This document shows, piece after piece, positions 25,231 to 38,018 of a stretch of DNA of 64,000 bases (position 1 is the first letter of the stretch; each line of letters starts with the position of its first letter). The position numbers and the translations under genes are program-made. Origin of the DNA: Octopus vulgaris (lineage: Eukaryota); NCBI GenBank assembly GCA_951406725.2, contig OX597826.1, positions 20,026,001 through 20,090,000 on the forward strand, written 5' to 3'. Below the pieces are notes generated by a model. That model ran no database searches and had not been told where the DNA came from. It worked only from the letters and a program-made list of their open reading frames with translations.

Positions 25231-26342
25231 GAACCCTGTGGAACACTGCAGTTATGTTCTTTTTTTTTTATTTGTTATATTTTCGAAAGTTATCGTAGAT
25301 GATGAAAAATGATTTATTTTTAATGAAAAGCGTATTGTAATTTGCTCGAAGCATTACCATGTGTAAATGATATACGTGTTTGAAAAATATTTGAGTAATG
25401 CTGGAGAGAAATGATGTCAGTCAATAAAAAATAGTATTGAAGATATTATATTACCTTACACAGGTTGTTTAATATTTAAATTATTTCAGGGAAGATTCCG
25501 CTTTGCAAATATACGAAAGAAAACAATGCAAGATTTCAGAAAAGTGTTGTTACTGGCAAGCCATTCTGGTGTGTTGTGACAGAAAGCTCTGATGGATTAT
25601 TGCATTTATAATTGTGGGTAATAAAGAAGCAGTATATGCAACAGCAGGTGGTGTGACATAAGCAGCAATAGTAGGTGTCTTTGTAAGAGATTTGGTCTAA
25701 GCGAGTGAAGGAGTAATGGAAAAAAGGTCATTGAATAAGTGCTGAACTTTAAGGTTAATCAGTGAAATGTTGTAAGATTTTCAAGATTTTGGAAAAAAAA
25801 AAGTTGAGGTTAAGTTGTCAGGTGTGGTGACATATGTCGTTCGGATGTGTAATGAATGTGTGTGAGAGATAGGGAAAAGACGTGAGTTAGTATAATGTTT
25901 TAAGAAAGTGCGAGTGTGTGAAGGAGTGTTGGAAAACGTCACTGGGCAATAATAGCTATTTTATAGTTGAATATGATTATTAAAGACTATTACTGGAACG
26001 AACATAAAAAGGAAAACCGAATTAAATAAATGCATCAAGATCATATTGTATATTTCATTCCAACTTGAAAATGCTTCACCAAAGAAAAAAGTTAGATAAT
26101 ACTGGCTTCTCGCAACACGATTTTCTCCCTTGCAATAGAAATGAATAACCAGTGAACTTTATATGTGTATTTGTGTGTGTGTATTAATGTTTTTTGTTTA
26201 TATGTTCATACGTATGCACACAAACATTGATATATATAGATACAAATCGACGTATACACACAAAGTGATGAGATATATAGAGGGATACACACACACGCAC
26301 ACACACACACAGACTCACACATATATATTTACATAAATAAAT

Positions 26343-26548
<206 letters not shown>

Positions 26549-26679
26549 TTAGCAGCTTCGAATCCATTCATTTATAAATGCCTACATAAATATATAGATT
26601 ATAAATACATTATGGACACAAACTTTACAAAAGCACTAAGCCTCCCTTCCACATGAACAGTAATGCCGATAGGGTATTT

Positions 26680-27370
26680 TAAATTGAGTGACAGATGTAA
26701 AGGCAAGAGCTCAATCCAAACCGTATTTGCTAATACCTACTGAGTAGCAAAGAAAAATGTGAGTACATCACGTGTACTCAACACTAAAAATGATAACATC
26801 TCCAGATTAGGAGAACCTCTGAATAGGTACAAAAAGTGTATTTCCTGTGGCACAAGGGGAGTTAGACACTCATATCAGCAAAATGATATTCATTTGTACA
26901 TGTCCCGTAAGCTATAGAATACCACCAATATTGATTTCCTTCACATATATCACATACCGTCTAAAAGGATATATTTTAGCTATTCAAGAACAAATTATAG
27001 CCATAAATATATATTCAATGCCTCAAAATGCCTCTAAACCTCTGCATCTTAACAGGAAATTTCGATTGTGCCATAGCAGCGAGGTAGATATCCCCACATC
27101 ATTACCAAATGCCAGAGCTGCATAGCGGATGTGAATGAAATTGTGCGAAAGGAGAACATCTATGGTGAACTACTGAGAAACGTATGGTTCTTGTAAGTAG
27201 TGCTCAGGCTTTCGCTTGAACCAATGATATAGGTGTTATCTAGTGCAGTGCACTTATTATCATAGATGTACTAGGAGAGGTAGCAAATGATTTGCATAAA
27301 AACCTGGAAATACCGGGGTATTTCAAGGAAGAACAAAGCAAGCTGATTCGCATGTTCTAAATCTAATCAA
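26680..27370 (+). mobile_element. decayed R4/Dong-like LINE C-terminal fragment
   Basis: KGYILAIQEQI..KFRLC..DI; KENIYGELLRN. Confidence 0.6.
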
Positions 27371-27974
27371 AAAATGGTACAGTGGAATGTTTTAGTTTGC
27401 AAGAAGCACACAATTCATGCATTTACATAAAGAATAATTCAAACATACATATTGAAATACTAAAGAGACACGCATAAGTATTGTGTGAGTGTCTGTGTAT
27501 CTACACAGACAGCCACATATATGCCTGCACTAACTCACATATTTACATGTTTCTGGAACAATTGGCATTGAAACAAAAATGCTTAAACTCTGTGAAAGGA
27601 AAACGTATAAACATGCAAAATCAATAGATGTATTTGCGCATGTCTGCATGCGAGTGAATATGCGGACGTGCGCCTTTAGTACTTACTTCTTATTTGTGTG
27701 AACACCTGAACTCATTAACTTGAAATCAGTTAAGATATCAGTAGTAGTAAGCAATCCCTGAGGCGAGCTTGTGGTTGACTGGCCACGTGTCTATTGTGCT
27801 AATACGATTTTATGCCGACAGAGATAATATATTGTTTTAGCTAATCATCAACGGTTTGTTATCGGATTAATTGTCATGAGATTAATTTCATACGAAGCAA
27901 TATCTATGTTATTGATTTATTGGGTATTCTAAATGACAAATATTGATTTCTACACAGTTACAAGACTTTACATC

Positions 27975-28212
27975 TTTATTCTTTATCTTTTACTGATTTC
28001 AGTCATTGGACTGCGGCTATGCTGGAGCACTGCCTTCAAAGATTTTAGTTGAACGAATTGAACCCAGTACTTATTATTTTTTTTTTAAATCGGGTCCTAA
28101 TTTTTTCGGAGTCTTTTTGCCTAACAGCTAAGTTACGGGGATGTAAACAAACCAACACTGGTTGTCAAGCGGTGGTGGGAACAAACACAAACATGCACTG
28201 ATATACATACAT

Positions 28213-28290
<78 letters not shown>

Positions 28291-28375
28291 TTATATCTGT
28301 ATATAACGGGCTTCTTCAGTTTCAGTCAACCAAATCCACTTATCCAATGTGCCACGCTGTGGGACTGGACCCAGA
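27975..28375 (-). mobile_element. decayed CORE-like tRNA SINE (other partial copies ~23340-23545, 30835-31190, 37836-37970, 43410-43530, 46900-46985, 47225-47420)
   Basis: Shares tail GCAGTGCTCCAGCATAGCCGCAGTC..GACTGAAA and body with 40712-41105. Confidence 0.8.
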
Positions 28376-28793
28376 ACATTTATATGAAATGGAAATGGTG
28401 TATTTTGATGTTCATGCTTTGCCAGCGGGTATTGATGCGCAATTTATTTCGTTTTTTTTGTTTTTTTTCATGTAACGCAAAGAATGTTTTTAAGGTGGGA
28501 GACCGCAAAATGAAATGTTTTGACATAGTTACATCACCCAAGGATTATAATTAAAATGAAGTTTCACCTTAAACTAGATGCTGATCCTCTGCACTTATCA
28601 TTGGTAGTATGCACACCAGTACAATACTTGAGAATAATGAGGCGCATTTATGCTGCAGTTATTGCTTTTGTTTTTAGTTAGTTTGTCTTATTTGATAGGG
28701 CTGTGGAATGTCTCGTTAAGCTTCTTTACTCTTATTTCAAGAAACTATCACTAATCTTCGGATGGTATGCGCGACAACCCTCTGCGTTTGATA

Positions 28794-29137
28794 AATTTCT
28801 CTGGTGTAACAAGCAGTAATGAACCAGTAATAACATTTATTTCCATTTGTTTGACAATGAGGAAATTGGAAGCAACTAAAGTTCTGTTTTCATATTCACT
28901 GACACATCTATATTAGTTAAGTAGTGGTAAGTAGTGGTTTTGAAAAATTAGTTGATAGCTTCTTGACAAGGAAACAGAAAACCCGGTCGCAATTTGGAGG
29001 CAAGAGTATTTGAAGACTTTGCGTTGCACAAAGGTCTCCTTTACTATCTCGATAATCCTCATGTCCATTATCACCAATTGCTGACCGGGTGCTGCTTTAT
29101 CTGGATGCTGTACGCAATATTGTAACAGCAACAATGT
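28794..29137. repeat. ~340-bp local direct repeat, copy 1 (copy 2 at 31612-31939)
   Basis: Near-identical sequence starting AATTTCTCTGG.GTAACAAGCAG. Confidence 0.9.
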
Positions 29138-30154
29138 AGTTGAGAGGCAGCTGCTTTGGAATTTCAGCATTGTCAGATCAGGGATATAGAAAAGTATACT
29201 TCACAATGATATAGAAAACCTGTTTAATTTGCTCGGACAGATCCAAAATAGAGAGGGTGAAAACTAGGCAAAGTTAATTTGTCCGAGAAGTGCGACATTA
29301 TCATAATTAGCTTTAGAGAGACTTGATAGGTGATATTGTGAAAGTACAGATAAGACATGATACAAAGCAACCACGCTTCTTTTGATTAAATCGACTCCAG
29401 AAGAATGAAAGAGGAAGTCGACCATGGCGACTCAGAATACGAACGACTGAAACTAAATATTGCGAACTATTCGTTTCCGACGCGCAAACGAATCTCCCGA
29501 CGAGTGCAATAATATATTCTAGGAACACATTATCACTACTTTTAAAATTGTATTATCACTCCCTCATCTGAATTTATTATATAACAGCTTTATATAACAA
29601 ATCTCAATACAATGAATTCACAAATGCCATTGTAAAGTACTAATAACAATTTCTTTACATTATCTAGTTACACTAGATAAAAGCAAAACGCAGTCTCTCG
29701 GTACATTACCCACTTTTTATCGATAATTTTCAGAACTTGATAAACTTTACTAAGCTTTAACACAGAAGGGTAATGTTCATTTTATCATTTCACTGTTAAA
29801 CTCATGATAAGGCTAACAATAAACAGCGATAAGCTAATCTATAGGGGTTCAAGAAGTATATATTCCCAAATAAAAATTCATTTCCAACGTACTTAGCAAA
29901 AAATGTGGATAAAGTTCAATTTCTTCTTATATAAATATATTTATGATGTTATGACATATATATTATCACACCTGACCAAGATAGGATTAGCTTAATAACA
30001 ATAATCAAACTGAGCAGCAATGGTAAATGAGCAAACAAATCGTTTTTGTTGGTTCCTAAAAAATAGACTATTTTGATGCATTAAATTTGCTACTTGAGCG
30101 TAATTATTATTTTTCTCATAAACAAACTTGTTTGAATGTCGTTTATATATTGGT

Positions 30155-30550
30155 TTCACTTTTTGGCACAAGGCCAGCGATGTCGAAGGAAGGGGTAAGT
30201 CGATTATATCGACTCCTGTGCTCAACTGGTACTTATTTTATCGACTCCGAAAGCATGAAAGGCAAAGTCGATCTCGACGGAATTTGAACTCAGAACGTAA
30301 AGACGGACAAAATACCTATTTATTTACTACCCACAAGGGGCTAAACACAGAGAGGACAAACAATGACACACAAACAGATTAAGTCGATTACATCGACCCC
30401 AGTGCGTAACTGGTACTTATTTAATCAACCCCGAAAGGATGAAAGGTAAAGCCGACCTCGGCAGAATTTGAACTCAGAACGCAGCGGCGGACGAAATATC
30501 ACAAAGCATTTTGCCTGGCGCGCGAACGATTCTGTCAGATCGTTGACTTA
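30155..30550 (-). mobile_element. Meta-like SINE dimer
   Basis: Two cores joined at AAATACCTAT (30310-30319). Confidence 0.85.
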
Positions 30551-31518
30551 ACTGTCGTTTATATATTACAAACAGTATCCATAAAATTCCTCCATTTACA
30601 GGAAGAATGTTATGGATTGGCTAGCAAGGAGGGATTTTAGGTCTCTGGTGTTTCTCGGTATTAATAATAATGGATTGCTGTTTCAATGTGTTATACTATT
30701 GTGCAAAGGTTTTACTTTAACCTGATATTTTTAATATAGCACAGAAAGGGAAGGATTATACGTTTCTAATGTAGCACAATTAACAAGTCACATATGAACC
30801 AAAGACCACAAAGGCGAATTTAATTTATATTAGAACTGTTTACTCGTTTACTTATTTCTATAATTAGGTTGTGGCCATGCTGGAGCGCAGCCTTGAATGA
30901 TTTTAGTTATTCATATCGAACCCAGTATATTTTAAAATTTAGCTCTCATTTAGCGATTTGCATTTTGTTACACCGTTAAGACACAGGAGATATACACAGA
31001 CACATAAACGCACATCATTCATCCATTCATCCATTCATTCATTCAGACATCCATCCATCCGTCCATCCATACAACACGTATGCACGCGCGACGGAATCGC
31101 AGTCTCCGTCAACCAATTTCACTTACAAGGGAGATTAAACATGAGACCACGTGAAGCCGTGAAGCAAACTTCTTACCCTCACGGCCATGTCTTCGGGGAA
31201 CTTCTGCATCTTAGTTGCTTAAGTAAGAATGTCATATGCCAATTTCTGCGCTCGCGACACTTCATCTACCAAGAGAAGATGGGAGATTCAGTGAAGTAGT
31301 TCTTCGCCTCGAAAGACAAGACCTGATGGGATCAAAGAACTGGCAGAAAGGTGACTTCAGACGGTGCAAACACAATGGCCTATGTCGATTGTTCGGCTGC
31401 GTTTATTGTAACTTGACGAATAAAGCAAGCAGATTACCTAAATATTAATAAAACATTTAACTCAACACAATACTATTTCAATCTGATTGGATAACTAATT
31501 TTTAAAAAAAAATAAATA

Positions 31519-31595
<77 letters not shown>

Positions 31596-32059
31596 CAATA
31601 ATAATAATAATAATTTCTCTGGCGTAACAAGCAGCAATGAACCAGTAATAACATTTATTTCCATTTGTTTGACAATGAGGAAATTGAAAGCAACTAAAGT
31701 TCTGTTTTCATATTCACTGACACATCTATATTAGTTAAGTAGTGGTAAGTAGTGGTTTTGAAAAATTAGTTGATAGCTTCTTGACAAGGAAACAGAAAAC
31801 CCGGTCGCAATTTGGAGGCAAAAGTATTTGAAGACTTTGCGTTGCACAAAGGTCTCCTTTACTATCTCGATAATCTTCATGTCGATTGTTCGGCTGCTTT
31901 ATCTGGATGTTGTACGCAATATTGTAACAGCAACAATGTCGTTTAAATAATAATATGAGTTTTAATAACAACAACAACAACAACAATAATAATAATAATA
32001 ATAACGTCGATAGCTACATTATTTGCAACACTAAAGAGGTCGATCGGTGGAAAGTGAGC

Positions 32060-32186
32060 CAAGAAACGAAAAATTTACGTCTAGTTTTTCAAAAACTAGC
32101 GTTGAATTTTTGGACACAAAGTTTTCTGGAGGCAGAATAGTGACAGAGTTATTTTGCAAGCCCACGTCATCCCACATATACCTCCA
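32060..32186 (+). mobile_element. Penelope-like RT fragment
   Basis: FTSSFSKTSVEFLDTKFSGGRIVTELFCKPTSSHIYLH. Confidence 0.75.
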
Positions 32187-32936
32187 CCAGACACAAAGTA
32201 AGACTTTTTTTGAGTGATGACCCGCTTTTGGGGTGGCTAAGGGTGGCTCATGTCGCTTACTCCAGGATCGCTTTCTCTGAACATTTCGGTAGATAATCCA
32301 TTTCTCATCACCTGTCACAATTTGCTTTAAAAAAGGCACGTTTTCATTTCGTTTATAAAGCGAATCACAGATAGAGATGCGACCCAAAAGGTTCTTCTCA
32401 CCCAACTCATGGGGTACCCAAACATCGTAGCGATTTGTGTACCCAAGCTTTGCCAGGTGCTTGTGTACGACGGATTTTGATAGGTTGAGATTTTCTGCCA
32501 ATTCTCGGATTGTGCAATGTGAGTTATTCTCAATTAATGACTTGATTTGGTCAACATCTGTAGTGGATGGTCTGCCTAATCGCTCTTTATCAATAAGGCT
32601 ACAATCTCCAGCTCGGAACCTTGCAAACCACTTCTGTACAGTTCTTTCAGATAAAGAAACATCACCGTAAACTGCGCATATTTCTTTGGTTGCTAGTGAG
32701 GCATTTTTTCCCTTTACGGAAAAAGAAAAGCATCGAGTGCCGAAAATGAACTTTCTTATCTTCCATTTTAAAGAGTTACAGAATTAACACAGGTTATAGG
32801 AACATAAACCTTCTTCCGCGAAAAGATAGCTTAAACTGTGCTCTAAATGGAAGTGTAGTCAAATCCTATTTTATGGACTCAATAAGTCGAAAGGTAAACT
32901 ACAATAAATCGGCACGAACTTTCCGGACAACCCAAT
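32180..32936 (-). mobile_element. mariner transposon 5' half (3'-truncated)
   Basis: WVPHEL..FLKQIVTGDEKWI..KVLLCVWW; TIR TATTGGGTTGTCCGGAAAGTTCGTGCCGATTT at the right end. Confidence 0.92.
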
Positions 32937-32941
32937 ATATA

Positions 32942-33754
32942 TCTAATCTATAAAACAAAAAAGGCGAACGTTGATACAAATTGGATTTTTATGTAAAAAG
33001 GGGTCTAAATGGGGCTGGAAGAAGATTAAAATTTACAGGAGGGGCTAACTTGAGGTGAGAAATTGATGGGGAGACGTTTTGGAGCGCTACAGTGGTTGCT
33101 TTAGTGTGAAAACGGGGATTTTATGGACTTTTGGGGACACTTGGGGGTCTAGATTGGACACCTTTTGCCCAATTTCAATGAAATTTTCAACATGGTAAAG
33201 TGGAATCGGATTTGTAATTCAAGCGCGGAAAATGGGTTCGAAATTTTGAAAATTAAGGCAAGATTTTTGAAGTTGAAAAAAATTTCCTATTTTTTATTGT
33301 TTACAGTTTTCATTTTTTGTGAAAGAAATTTACAGCTGCATGTAGCCCGTATTTAGACCTTTCATTTGCATGGTTAATCGTCGAAAAATTCCCAAAATAA
33401 GTACTAAAGTTAACAAAGAAATCCTTTTTTCCTTATTTTTAATCGCTCAAATAGTGGCATGTAGAAAAGGCAAGTGTGCTTTCCCTTGTTACTGCCTGAT
33501 ATTTATGATTGATCTTTCAGAATAGTTTCTTTCTCAACTTACTCGAGATCTTTTGTTTTTTTTTAATAAGAGAGAGATAGAGAAAGATAGAGAGAAAGAG
33601 AAAACTAGGGAGAGTCCGAGAGAAAGGAAGAGTAAGAGAGTGAGAAAGTGAGAGAGAAAGGAGAGAGAAACAAAAGAGGGAGAATGTGGCGATAAGAAAC
33701 AGAAAGTAACAACCACACCCTCACCCGCGCGTAGAGCGGGTCACCTTAAGCTAG
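32942..33754 (+). mobile_element. non-autonomous Helitron-like element
   Basis: A|TC start, subterminal hairpin ACCCGC..GCGGGT (33723-33741), CTAG|T end. Confidence 0.7.
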
Positions 33755-33774
33755 TATATATATAATTTTCATAG

Positions 33775-33811
<37 letters not shown>

Positions 33812-33857
33812 AAATACACGCATATATAAAAATGCTTAGCGGTATTTCGTCTGCCGT

Positions 33858-33975
33858 ATTTACGGTCATATCACTTTGAAAACACCGGTTCTCGTCCGAT
33901 CACCGAAGTTAAGCAAAGTCAAGCCTAGTCAGTACTTAGATGGGTGACCGCTTGGGAAACCTAGGTGCTGTAAAC
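33858..33975 (+). rRNA. full-length 5S rRNA copy (retroposed, no oligo-T terminator)
   Basis: 118 nt matching eukaryotic 5S: CATA..GAAAACACCGGTTCTCGTCCGATCACCGAAGTTAAGC..AGTACTTAGATGGGTGACCGC..GGTGCTGTAAAC; helices I, II, III and V pair. Confidence 0.93.
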
Positions 33976-33980
33976 GTAAA

Positions 33981-34212
33981 AGGTGGCGAGCTGGCAGAAA
34001 CGTTAGCACGCCGGGCGAAATGCGTAGCCGTATTTCGTCTGCCGTTACGTTCTGAGTTCAAATTCCGCCGAGGTCGACTTTGCCTTTCATCCTTTCGGGG
34101 TCGATTAAATAAGTACCAGTTACGTACTGGGTCGATATAATCGACTTGACCCGTTTGTCTGTCCTTGTTTGTCCTCTCTGTGTTTAGCCCTTTGTGGGTA
34201 GTAAAAAAAATA
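33981..34212 (+). mobile_element. full-length Meta-like SINE fused to the 5S copy, inserted into an older SINE copy (33830-33857 plus 34213-34340)
   Basis: 17-bp direct repeat GGTATTTCGTCTGCCGT at 33841-33857 and 34213-34229. Confidence 0.88.
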
Positions 34213-34336
34213 GGTATTTCGTCTGCCGTTACGTTCAGAGTTCAAATTCCGCCGAGGCCGACTTTGCCTTTCATCTTTCATCTTTAATTCGTTTGTCTGT
34301 CCTTCTTTGCCCCCTCTATGTTTAGCCCCCTGTGGG

Positions 34337-34399
<63 letters not shown>

Positions 34400-34569
34400 T
34401 ATATAAATTAGAGGATTGACCACTAAAAGTGGACAGCCTGTATGCTAGATATAGACGTCAAAATCGCCATTTCCCACGGAGAGCAAGTTCTCAAGAAAAA
34501 ATTCAGCAAAAAACCAAAGCGTAAAAATAAGCAAAACAAATGAAATTATACGAAATAAAAAACGATTAC

Positions 34570-34645
34570 CTATGTACTAATTAGTTTCACTTGTTAATAA
34601 TTTACGTATATGAATACATAAACATCTGCAAGATCATCAGCATAG
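34570..34645 (-). ncRNA. hammerhead ribozyme motif, canonical CUGAUGA core, extended helix II
   Basis: CUAUG-CUGAUGA-UCUUG..CAAGU-GAAA-CUAAUUAG-UA-CAUAG; palindrome ACUAAUUAGU. Confidence 0.85.
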
Positions 34646-34718
34646 TCTGTCGTTTACGAAACACAATTTCTAGAACTAGATACAGGGCGCTCGACCGAAA
34701 TCCAGCATTGCATAGAGT

Positions 34719-35149
34719 GAATCTTTTCGGTTTGAACGGCAGTTTTTTCTAGCGGTGTCATATGAAATTGTCACCCATATTTATGACCCTAGTATCGATC
34801 TATTGCATTTCAATCTGTTTTAGGGTTAGGGTTAGTTAGGGTTAGGGTTAGGGGTGGGAGAAGGGTATCTTTTTTTCTTCAGAAATGTAAATAAACCCAA
34901 TCTGTTTCTTAAACGAGGGACATATTCATACGCACAGAATGTTTTTTACCTCAATAGACGTCATTGATTGGTTGAAATAGCAGAAATTGAAGAAAAAAAC
35001 AACAAATATCTTAGAAACTATAGAATTTTCTCAATAAAGCCAAAAGAAAAAGATGTTTTATAAACACATTCTACCAGTATACGAAGTTTAAAAGTGTTTA
35101 TTTACGTGGAAATTATTTTTGAAAACTGCTGTTCAAACCGAAAAGGTAC
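34719..35149. mobile_element. MITE with ~28-bp TIRs and 8-bp TSD (Merlin- or hAT-like), internal TTAGGG repeats
   Basis: TIR ATCTTTTCGGTTTGAACGGCAGTTTT / AAAACTGCTGTTCAAACCGAAAAGGT; TSD CATAGAGT at 34711-34718 and 35150-35157. Confidence 0.85.
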
Positions 35150-35162
35150 CATAGAGTTCCAC

Positions 35163-35331
<169 letters not shown>

Positions 35332-35357
35332 TTTTCTTTTTTTTTAGAAAGACATAA

Positions 35358-36598
35358 ATAGAGCAGTCTACAGCGAGAAACCCAGGGTAACCTTATATGT
35401 TACCCTGAGTTTCTCGCTATAAAGGTACCCTTTATGGCTTATCTTCAGACCCTAAGACCTGTTGGCCTATGGCTTCTTTAAAATATGAAGGGGGGAAACG
35501 ATACAGCAACGCTGGACTAACCATTAAGCAGCAAAATAGGCGCGTGCTTGGGATATCAAGTGAAGGCGGGACACTACAGAAATGTTAAATGGTTTACAGC
35601 ACAACAGAAATCACTTTAAACGTGCTAAAATAATATTCGGGATGCCTTTATCTCTACTACGTATAGATGCAGATGTGTAACCTAAAATTAATTTTGCAAT
35701 TCAAAAAAGTAGGAGGAAACTTTGCAAATATAAATGAAGTGGAAGAATACGAAAATAAACATTAGTTTCCCTCTTACTGGTTTGTTTTTGTTTTGTCAAA
35801 TACAAATCTATTTCATAGTATGTCATTGTTTATATTTCAAATTACATAATTTTTTATGGGTGCACCAAAATCTTTTAAGTTCTTAGGGCCCCGATGGGTC
35901 TTAATCCGGCCCTGCGATACTGATATAAACAATGCAGATTATCTCCCTTTGGTGTTGGTCATTAGCTTCCGGCAATATCGTCCTCCTTCAGCTATGCTAC
36001 CTGTAGGCTATAAGGGTAAAAGTTAGGGGATTATCTCCCACTCTCAACAGCAATTAATTTCCAGGTGTGGTATAATTATCGCTAATACCACTATTATCGC
36101 TTTTTTGTGGTTCCGAAAACGCTAACAGGAATCTCCTGAAATGCAAACACGGACCGAAAATCCCCGTTCTGGAGTTCAGTATGGTCCCTGGTACGTGCGA
36201 GGTTTTCAGGATTTCCATGTGTTCGGTCCTAAAAAACTCGTACGTACCAGGGACCATACTGAACTCCAGAATGGAGATTTTTGGGCTGTGCTTGCATTTC
36301 AAGAGATCCCAATTAGCGTTTTGGGAACCGGATAATAGCGATAATTACACCATAGCTGGAAATTGATTGCTGATGAGAGTGGGAGATAACCCCCTACATT
36401 TTTTCCTCATAGCCGACAGGTGGCATATCTGAAGGAGGACGACACTGCCGGAAGCCGATGACCAACACGAAAAGGAGATAATCCCCATTGTTTATACCTG
36501 TATCATTTCCCCCTCCATATTTTAAAGAGGCTTTAGGGTCTGAAGATAAGCCATACTCTTTATGGTGAGAAACCCGGGGTAACCTATAAACCGGCTAT
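35358..36598. mobile_element. long foldback (palindromic) non-autonomous DNA element, ~400-bp arms, centre ~36212-36225
   Basis: 35400-35506 plus 35915-36211 is the reverse complement of 36226-36590. Confidence 0.85.
35507..35914. mobile_element. hAT-like MITE nested in the left arm of the foldback
   Basis: Ends CAACGCTGGACT / AATCCGGCCCTG; 8-bp TSD CGATACAG / CGATACTG; empty site retained in the right arm. Confidence 0.8.
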
Positions 36599-36872
36599 CA
36601 CCTGTATATATATGGGTTTGTGTGTGTGTGTGTGTGTTTATGTGTGTGTGTGTTGAGGTTATGAGAGGTAATGGTATGAATAAGACCCAAAAGTGTCAAG
36701 TAATGCTGAGTAAGTGCTATGGACAGACCATAGTTAAGCTCCAGGTTCGGTGAGTATGCGAATAAGGAGTCCAACGTAGGTCATATATCAGTATGCGTAT
36801 ATATAGAAAAATTAACAGAATGAGATAAAAATCCAAGGCTGTGAAAGATTTCAGAACATTTATAAAGAGGAG

Positions 36873-36920
36873 GTCTTACAGCTGTTCCGGGGTAATTTTA
36901 TATATCCTTTCATGGGAGGC
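36873..36920 (-). ncRNA. degenerate hammerhead motif in a PLE-like repeat
   Basis: ..CCCAUGA-AAGGAUAUAU..UUACCCC-GGAA-CAGCUG-UA-AGAC; palindrome ACAGCUGU intact, core mutated. Confidence 0.45.
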
Positions 36921-37369
36921 GGTGTGAGAAAATGGTTAAGCAATAGTTATTCTAGATAAGATATGAAATAGAGAGTGAAGTGGAGGAATGAAAATAGACG
37001 TGAGATATGCAGGGATATTGTATCTGCAGTTATATATGTATAATATCCGAAGATGGATTAACTGGATGAAATTTTATTCTTGTTTAAGAATAAATTTAGT
37101 ACTGCACAAAAGTGTATGGTAACCCCTCAGATCAATGTAACATTGTTTTTATTATAACTAGACATGAAGAGACACACACGCACACACACCCACACAAACA
37201 CACATTAATACATACATACATACATACATACATACATACATACATGCATACATTAATACATACATACATACATACATTAATACATACATACATACATACA
37301 TACATACATACATACATACATACATACATACATACATACATACATACATACATACATACATACATGCAG

Positions 37370-37835
37370 TAAAATGTGACAACCGATTCAGATCTTGTGG
37401 AATTAACATCGAAGTTATCACCCACATCATAAGCAATTGTCCGAAAATGTCATCGTGGTTTTATCTACCGGTGAGACATGATGCTGTAGCTAGGACACTA
37501 TATAATAAAATCCGTCGAAAGGATGAAGAAATAAGAACCCACAATATGGCCGTAGCCATAACCATACATAATAAAATGAGTACTGGTGGAATGTCCCTGT
37601 TAAAACCTCAGTAAAATGTTAACACAATAGACCTGATATAATGGTTTGGGATAGAGAAAAGAAACGGTATGTTTGTGGAAATCAGTTGCCCAGCGGATGT
37701 TAACATAAAACTGAAGATCAGTGAAAAAGAGAACACCTATGCGTATGTATGTATGTAAACGTGAAGGAGCCCTGGATCTAGGTTAGAAACCGGTTCTTTC
37801 TCTATTATCAAGAAATTTTGAAACAAACTGAATAA
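37370..37835 (+). mobile_element. R4/Dong-like LINE CCHC/RLE fragment and 3' UTR piece (UTR repeated at ~47480-47670)
   Basis: HIISNCPKM..RHDAVARTLY..YWWNVPVKT..HNRPDIMVWD..FVEISCPADVN..EKENTY. Confidence 0.8.
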
Positions 37836-37980
37836 GGAGTGGCTGTGTGGTAAGTAGCTTGCTCACCAACCACATGATTCCAGGTTCAGTCCCACTGCAT
37901 GGCACCTTGGGCCGACCAAAGCCTTGTGAGTGGATTTGGTAGACGGAAACTGAAAGAAGCCCGTCGTTTATATGTATGTG

Positions 37981-38018
<38 letters not shown>

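Noticed and set aside
25480-25960. CR1/L2-like 3' remnant on the minus strand
   Set aside because: Only a faint peptide resemblance, insufficient to call.
30600-30710. Exon of a membrane transporter (GGILGLW-like peptide)
   Set aside because: Too short, has an in-frame stop, and no corroborating motif; kept only as part of the unexplained island.
33858-33975. Functional 5S rRNA gene array
   Set aside because: Single copy, no oligo-T terminator, enclosed in a TSD together with a SINE.
34819-34852. Telomere or chromosome-fusion site
   Set aside because: A few degenerate units inside a TIR/TSD-bounded MITE.
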